Below, one piece after another: positions 59,883 through 64,000 of a stretch of 64,000 nucleotides of DNA. The stretch is taken from positions 18,145-82,144 of the forward strand of contig JBFWQW010000001.1 in the NCBI GenBank assembly GCA_050249235.1, given 5' to 3'. The DNA comes from Acidimicrobiia bacterium. GTDB lineage: Bacteria; Actinomycetota; Acidimicrobiia; Acidimicrobiales; CADCSY01. The position numbers and the translations under genes were made by a program. The notes under the pieces are model-generated. The model searched no databases and was not told where the DNA came from. It was given only the letters and a program-made list of their open reading frames with translations. Position 1 is the stretch's first letter. Each line of letters starts with the position of its first letter.

Positions 59883-60809
59883 ATGACCGGGGCCGCCGTC
59901 CAGCACCACTACGAGCTCGGCCACCTGCAGGCGCTCGAGGCCGAGTCGATCCACGTGATCCGCGAGGTCGCCGCCAGCATGGAGCGCCCCGTCCTCCTGT
60001 TCTCCGGCGGCAAGGACTCGATCGTCATGCTCCGGCTGGCCGAGAAGGCGTTCTGGCCGGCCCGCATCCCCTTCCCGGTGATGCACGTCGACACGGGCCA
60101 CAACTTCCCCGAGGTCATCGCCTACCGCGACCGCACCGTCGAGCGGCTCGGCCTGCAGCTGGTCGTGGCGTCCGTGCAGGACGACATCGACGCCGGCCGG
60201 GTGCACGAGGAGACGGGTCCCCGCGCCAGCCGCAACCGGCTCCAGACCACGACGCTGCTGCGCGGGATCGCGGAGGGCGGCTTCGACGCCGTGTTCGGCG
60301 GGGCCCGGCGCGACGAGGAGAAGGCCCGGGCCAAGGAGCGGGTGTTCAGCTTCCGCGACGAGTTCGGCCAGTGGGACCCCAAGAACCAGCGGCCCGAGCT
60401 CTGGAGCCTCTACAACGGCCGCCACCGCAAGGGCGAGCACATCCGGATCTTCCCCCTCTCGAACTGGACCGAGCTCGACATCTGGCAGTACATCGCCGAC
60501 GAGGACATCGAGATCCCGGCGATCTACTACGCCCACCGCCGGCCCGTGGTCAGGCGGGACGGGATGCTGATGGCCGTGAACCAGTTCGTCCAGGTCGCCG
60601 AGGGCGAGGAGTGCACCGAGATGCTCGTGCGCTACCGGACCGTGGGCGACGCCACCTGCACGGCCGCGGTCGAGTCGGCGGCGTCGAACGTCGAGCAGGT
60701 CATCCTCGAGGTGGCGGCCACCCGCATCACGGAGCGGGGCGCCACGCGTGCCGACGACCGGATCTCCGAGGCCGGCATGGAGGATCGCAAGAAGGAGGGC
60801 TACTTCTGA
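59883..60809 (+). CDS. cysD: sulfate adenylyltransferase subunit 2
   Basis: 308-aa ORF. LEAESIHVIREV, LLFSGGKDS and a C-terminus ending KKEGYF. Confidence 0.95.
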   Translation: MTGAAVQHHYELGHLQALEAESIHVIREVAASMERPVLLFSGGKDSIVMLRLAEKAFWPARIPFPVMHVDTGHNFPEVIAYRDRTVERLGLQLVVASVQDDIDAGRVHEETGPRASRNRLQTTTLLRGIAEGGFDAVFGGARRDEEKARAKERVFSFRDEFGQWDPKNQRPELWSLYNGRHRKGEHIRIFPLSNWTELDIWQYIADEDIEIPAIYYAHRRPVVRRDGMLMAVNQFVQVAEGEECTEMLVRYRTVGDATCTAAVESAASNVEQVILEVAATRITERGATRADDRISEAGMEDRKKEGYF

Positions 60810-62047
60810 GCGAGATCCTCCGGTTCGCGACCGCGGGCAGCGTCGACGACGGCAAGTCGACGCTCATCGGGCGGCTGCTCTACGACTCCAAGGCCATCTT
60901 CGAGGACCAGCTCGAGGCGGTCGAGCGCACGTCCCGGCAGCGGGGCGAGGAGACCAACCTGGCCCTGCTCACCGACGGCCTGCGGGCCGAGCGCGAGCAG
61001 GGCATCACCATCGACGTCGCCTACCGCTACTTCGCCACGCCCAAGCGCAAGTTCGTCATCGCCGACACGCCCGGCCACGTCCAGTACACCCGCAACATGG
61101 TCACCGGCGCGTCGACCGCCGACCTGGCCCTCGTGCTCGTCGACGCCCGCAACGGCATCGTCGAGCAGAGCCGCCGCCACGCCTTCCTCGCCACCCTGCT
61201 CCGCGTCCCCCACCTCGTCGTCTGCATCAACAAGATGGACCTGGTCGGCTACGACGAGGACCGCTTCGAGGAGATCAAGGCCGAGTTCCGCCAGTTCGCC
61301 ACCAAACTCGACGTCGCCGACCTCACCTTCGTGCCGATCTCGGCCCTGCTCGGCGACAACGTCGTGCACCGTTCGGAGAACATGCCCTGGTACGAGGGCT
61401 CGTCGCTGCTGCACCACCTCGAAGAGGTGCACATCGCGTCCGACCGCAACCTCATCGACGTCCGCTTCCCGGTGCAGTACGTGATCAGGCCGCGCGATGA
61501 CGCCCACCACGACTACCGGGGCTACGCCGGCCAGGTCGCCGGCGGCGTGCTGAAGGCCGGCGACGAGGTCGTCGTGCTTCCCTCGGGCTTCACCAGCCGC
61601 ATCGAGGCCATCGAGACCATGGACGGCCCCATCGACGAGGCCTTCTCGCCGATGTCGGTCACGGTGCGCCTGGCCGACGACCTCGACGTGAGCCGGGGCG
61701 ACATGATCTGCCGACCCCACAACCGGCCCCACGTCACCCAGGACGTCGAGCTCATGGTGTGCTGGCTGCACGAGCGGCCCCTCCAGGTCGGCGGCAAGTA
61801 CGCCGTGCGCCACACCACCCGGGAGGCCCGCGCCCTCGTGCAGGGCCTCCAGTACCGCCTCGACGTCAACACCCTGCACCGCGACGAGTCGGCCAGCACC
61901 CTCGGGCTCAACGACATCGGCCGGATCTCGCTGCGCACCACCCAGCCGCTCTTCATCGACGAGTACCGCCGCAACCGGTCGACCGGCAGCCTGATCCTCA
62001 TCGACGAGGCCACCAACGCCACCGTCGGCGCCGGCATGATCCTCTGA
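60806..62047 (+). CDS. cysN: sulfate adenylyltransferase subunit 1 (GTPase), not fused to APS kinase
   Basis: LSEILRFATAGSVDDGKSTLIGRLL..., DTPGH and NKMD. No ATG/GTG/TTG is available before the G1 motif. CTG 60806 overlaps the cysD stop (CTGA) and has GAAGGAGGG 7 nt upstream. Confidence 0.9.
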   Translation: MSEILRFATAGSVDDGKSTLIGRLLYDSKAIFEDQLEAVERTSRQRGEETNLALLTDGLRAEREQGITIDVAYRYFATPKRKFVIADTPGHVQYTRNMVTGASTADLALVLVDARNGIVEQSRRHAFLATLLRVPHLVVCINKMDLVGYDEDRFEEIKAEFRQFATKLDVADLTFVPISALLGDNVVHRSENMPWYEGSSLLHHLEEVHIASDRNLIDVRFPVQYVIRPRDDAHHDYRGYAGQVAGGVLKAGDEVVVLPSGFTSRIEAIETMDGPIDEAFSPMSVTVRLADDLDVSRGDMICRPHNRPHVTQDVELMVCWLHERPLQVGGKYAVRHTTREARALVQGLQYRLDVNTLHRDESASTLGLNDIGRISLRTTQPLFIDEYRRNRSTGSLILIDEATNATVGAGMIL

Positions 62048-62048
62048 C

Positions 62049-62367
62049 ATGGCCTCGCTCCGCAGGCTGCGCTCGGCTGCTCCGCATACCGCGGGTGAGA
62101 GGTGCTGCTCCGGCTGGCGCCTGCGCAGCGTTGCTGTGTCGATGGCCTCGCTCCGCGGGCTGCGCTCTGTGAGATGGCCTCGCTCCGCGGGCTGCGCTCT
62201 GTGAGATGGCCTCGCTCCGCGGGCTGCGCTCTGTGAGATGGCCTCGCTCCGCGGGCTGCGCTCTGTGAGATGGCCTCGCTCCGCGGGCTGCGCTCGGCTG
62301 CTCCGCATACCGCGGGTCCCTTGGGCTGCTCCGGCTGGCGCCTGCGCAGCGTTGCCGGGTTGATGGC
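62049..62367 (+). repeat. nested tandem repeat array: 93-bp unit, 4 x 32-bp units, 93-bp unit, 5-nt partial unit
   Basis: Unit starts (ATGGCCTCGCTCCGC...) at 62049, 62142, 62174, 62206, 62238 and 62270, with a partial unit at 62363. The 32-bp unit equals the first 26 nt plus a tail resembling the last 6 nt of the 93-bp unit. The four short units are identical. Confidence 0.9.
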
Positions 62368-62988
62368 ATGACCGACGGCGCTTGGTCCCCCACCGGCGCG
62401 CCGGGGTCTGGGGACGTGGTCTGGCACGCCGGGCTGGTCTCGCCGGAGGCTCGGGCCGCGGCGCTGGGGCACCGGGGGGCGACGGTGTGGCTGACGGGGC
62501 TGTCGGGCTCGGGGAAGTCGACCGTCGCGGTGGAGCTCGAGCGGCGCCTGGTGGAGGCCGGTCGGCCCGCCTACGTGCTCGACGGAGACAACCTCCGCCA
62601 CGGGCTGAACCGCGACCTGGGCTTCGGCGACGACGACCGGGCCGAGAACGTGCGCCGGGTGGGGGAGGTGGCCCGCCTCCTCGCCGACGCCGGCGTCGTG
62701 GCCCTCGTGCCGGTCATCAGCCCCTTCCGCTCGGGCCGGGAAGCGGTCCGCGCCGTGCACCAGGCGGCCGGCGTGCCCTTCCTCGAGGTCTTCGTCGACA
62801 CCCCGCTCGACGAGTGCGAGCGCCGCGACCCGAAGGGCCTCTACGCCCGGGCCCGCGCCGGCGAGCTGTCCGGGATGACCGGCATCGACAGCCCGTACGA
62901 GCCCCCCGAGGCACCAGAGCTGGTGCTGCGGCCCTCCGACGGCGGGCCGGTCGAGCAGGCGGCCCGCGTCGCCGACCTCCTCGTCTGA
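62368..62988 (+). CDS. cysC: adenylyl-sulfate kinase
   Basis: 206-aa [27 protein letters not shown] and PYEPPE. Confidence 0.9.
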   Translation: MTDGAWSPTGAPGSGDVVWHAGLVSPEARAAALGHRGATVWLTGLSGSGKSTVAVELERRLVEAGRPAYVLDGDNLRHGLNRDLGFGDDDRAENVRRVGEVARLLADAGVVALVPVISPFRSGREAVRAVHQAAGVPFLEVFVDTPLDECERRDPKGLYARARAGELSGMTGIDSPYEPPEAPELVLRPSDGGPVEQAARVADLLV

Positions 62989-63174
62989 CCGTGCCGGGGC
63001 GGGGAGCGGCGCCGTGCCCGTGCCCGCGTCCGGCCAGGGACGCGGGCGCGGGCGGACGGCCACCGCTCCCCCGCAGGGCCCGCGACCGGTGCGACGGCCG
63101 CGGGTGTGCTGCTACTGAGAGATAGCATCGGGTGCGGGGACCTGTCAACGGGTCCACCACCCCCGGATGGGGCA

Positions 63175-63465
63175 TCAGGCGGGGCGGGCGGCGCGGGGGG
63201 CGCGGAGGGTGTCGGCCTGGGGGGCGCCGTAGGGGTCGCCCAGGCCGGTGTAGCAGTCGTCGTGGTAGTGCTCGACCCTGTCCCAGCGGCCGTCGACGTA
63301 GACGTTGGCGATCACCTGCTGGCCCTGTTCCCGGGCCACGAACCGCACCCGCTCGCCGCAGCGGGTGCACAGGCTGAGGGTGCCCGGCTCGATGCGTCGC
63401 CGCACGGCCCGGGTGCCGGGGCCGGCGGTGACGGCCCCGGCGATCGGTGACGTGGTCGTGGCCAT
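63175..63465 (-). CDS. hypothetical small protein (96 aa)
   Basis: ATG 63465 inside the 196-aa ORF. ...LSLCTRCGERVRFVAREQGQQVIANVYVDGRWDRVEHYHDDCY.... The upstream in-frame extension runs through repeats and looks non-coding. Confidence 0.55.
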   Translation of the reverse strand: MATTTSPIAGAVTAGPGTRAVRRRIEPGTLSLCTRCGERVRFVAREQGQQVIANVYVDGRWDRVEHYHDDCYTGLGDPYGAPQADTLRAPRAARPA

Positions 63466-63582
63466 GAGAACACCATCGGCACGCCGGGCCCCCGACGTGA
63501 GCCTCCCGCCGGCGAAGCTGCGGACGGTGCAGCCGCATCTTGACGCGGCGCCCCTGGTCGGCGACCCTTTCCCGGCCAGGTC

Positions 63583-63807
63583 GGGGTGCTTCCGCCGTGC
63601 ACCCCGACCCGGCACTGCTCCGTGGCGGCGAGGGCGTCCCGACCGGGGATGGCAGCCGGGGTGCTTCCGCCGTGCACCCCGACCCGGCACTGCTCCGTGG
63701 CGGCGAGGGCGTCCCGACCGGGGATGGCAGCCGGGGTGCTTCCGCCGTGCACCCCGACCCGGCACTGCTCCGTGGCGGCGAGGGCGTCCCGACCGGGGAC
63801 GGCAGCC
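63583..63807. repeat. 3 x 75-bp tandem repeat abutting the ettA stop codon
   Basis: Copies start at 63583, 63658 and 63733 (GGGGTGCTTCCGCCGTGCACCCCGACCCGGCACTGCTCCGTGGCGGCGAGGGCGTCCCGACCGGGGATGGCAGCC). Copies 1 and 2 are identical. Copy 3 differs at one position that I can see (GAT to GAC). Confidence 0.9.
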
Positions 63808-64000
63808 TCAGTGGGCGGCGAGGGGCTTGTACTTGATGCGGTGGGGCTGGTCGGCGTCGCTGCCGAGGCGGCGGTGCCGGTCGGCCTCGTAGTCGCTGAA
63901 GTTGCCCTCGAACCAGCGAACCTCGGAGTCGCCCTCGAAGGCGAGGACGTGGGTGGCGAGCCGGTCGAGGAACCAGCGGTCGTGGCTCACGACGACGGCG
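63808..64000 (-). CDS. ettA: energy-dependent translational throttle protein EttA (ABC-F), C-terminal fragment; the gene continues off the right edge
   Basis: ...SHDRWFLDRLATHVLAFEGDSEVRWFEGNFSDYEADRHRRLGSDADQPHRIKYKPLAAH matches the EttA C-terminus as I recall it. Confidence 0.8.
   Translation of the reverse strand, partial: AVVVSHDRWFLDRLATHVLAFEGDSEVRWFEGNFSDYEADRHRRLGSDADQPHRIKYKPLAAH

Noticed and set aside
62142-62269. Four identical 32-bp direct repeats considered as a possible CRISPR array
   Set aside because: The repeats are contiguous with no spacers, no cas genes are nearby, and they are deletion derivatives of the flanking 93-bp units. This is a tandem (VNTR-like) array, not CRISPR.
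63106-63450. TAGCAT -10-like box at 63121-63126 with a 114-aa plus-strand ORF
   Set aside because: The ORF is Gly/Ala-rich and antisense to the better 96-aa minus-strand gene. No start codon lies at leaderless distance from the hexamer.
63466-63765. In-frame N-terminal extension of the 63175-63465 ORF through the 75-bp repeats (196-aa track ORF)
   Set aside because: The extension is an Arg-rich repeat translation (GRGARRKHPGCHPRSGRPRRHGAVP) with many A/T third positions. The conserved-looking part starts at ATG 63465.
1-64000. Search for tRNA, rRNA, tmRNA, transposase or integrase genes and prophage or defence-island signatures
   Set aside because: I found no tRNA-like T-arm or anticodon-arm sequences, no rRNA, no recombinase ORFs and no extended low-GC island. 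The only mobile-like items are the HNH gene and the repeat families reported above.

Overview
Very GC-rich chromosomal segment, dense with genes on both strands. It is almost certainly from an actinobacterium. Markers: two WhiB regulators, NucS, mycothiol amidase Mca, F420 genes cofC/cofE, ImuA'-ImuB-DnaE2, and many apparently leaderless starts behind TANNNT -10 boxes. I support about 65 CDSs. I found no rRNA, tRNA, CRISPR array, transposase or integrase. Most long Arg/Pro/Gly-rich ORFs in the track are antisense or out-of-frame shadows of real genes, which is typical at this GC content. Many real genes start inside a longer listed ORF, so I re-derived those starts by hand. Main content: SulP transporter (partial), kinase/ACAD/CitE-like acyl-CoA module, whiB-dinG, a class B PBP, PIN-PhoH, peroxiredoxin, lgt, cofC, gpsA, rnhB, imuA'-imuB, a REC-flavoprotein with a cNMP-binding histidine kinase, an SOS-boxed DUF222-HNH gene, cofE, dnaE2, rmlB, cspA, tesB, an MgtE-like/PhoU-TrkA_C pair, mca, thermonuclease, RecB-like nuclease, VanW, nucS, two cysQ copies, cysD-cysN-(repeat array)-cysC, and ettA (partial). 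Most notable observations: (1) A nested 93/32-bp tandem array between cysN and cysC forms an unbroken relay of start/stop-coupled mini-ORFs, resembling mycobacterial MIRUs. (2) Three LexA boxes sit on apparently leaderless promoters of imuA', dnaE2 and the HNH gene. The mutasome genes are separated by a seven-gene insert. (3) A translationally coupled pair: a REC-TrxR-like protein with no CxxC, and a cNMP-binding histidine kinase. (4) A three-copy family of long GTCGAC-centred palindromes. (5) Further tandem repeats (75 bp x3, about 36 bp x3) and two probable CTG starts overlapping the upstream stop as CTGA. All function calls rest on motif recognition by eye. No database search was run.
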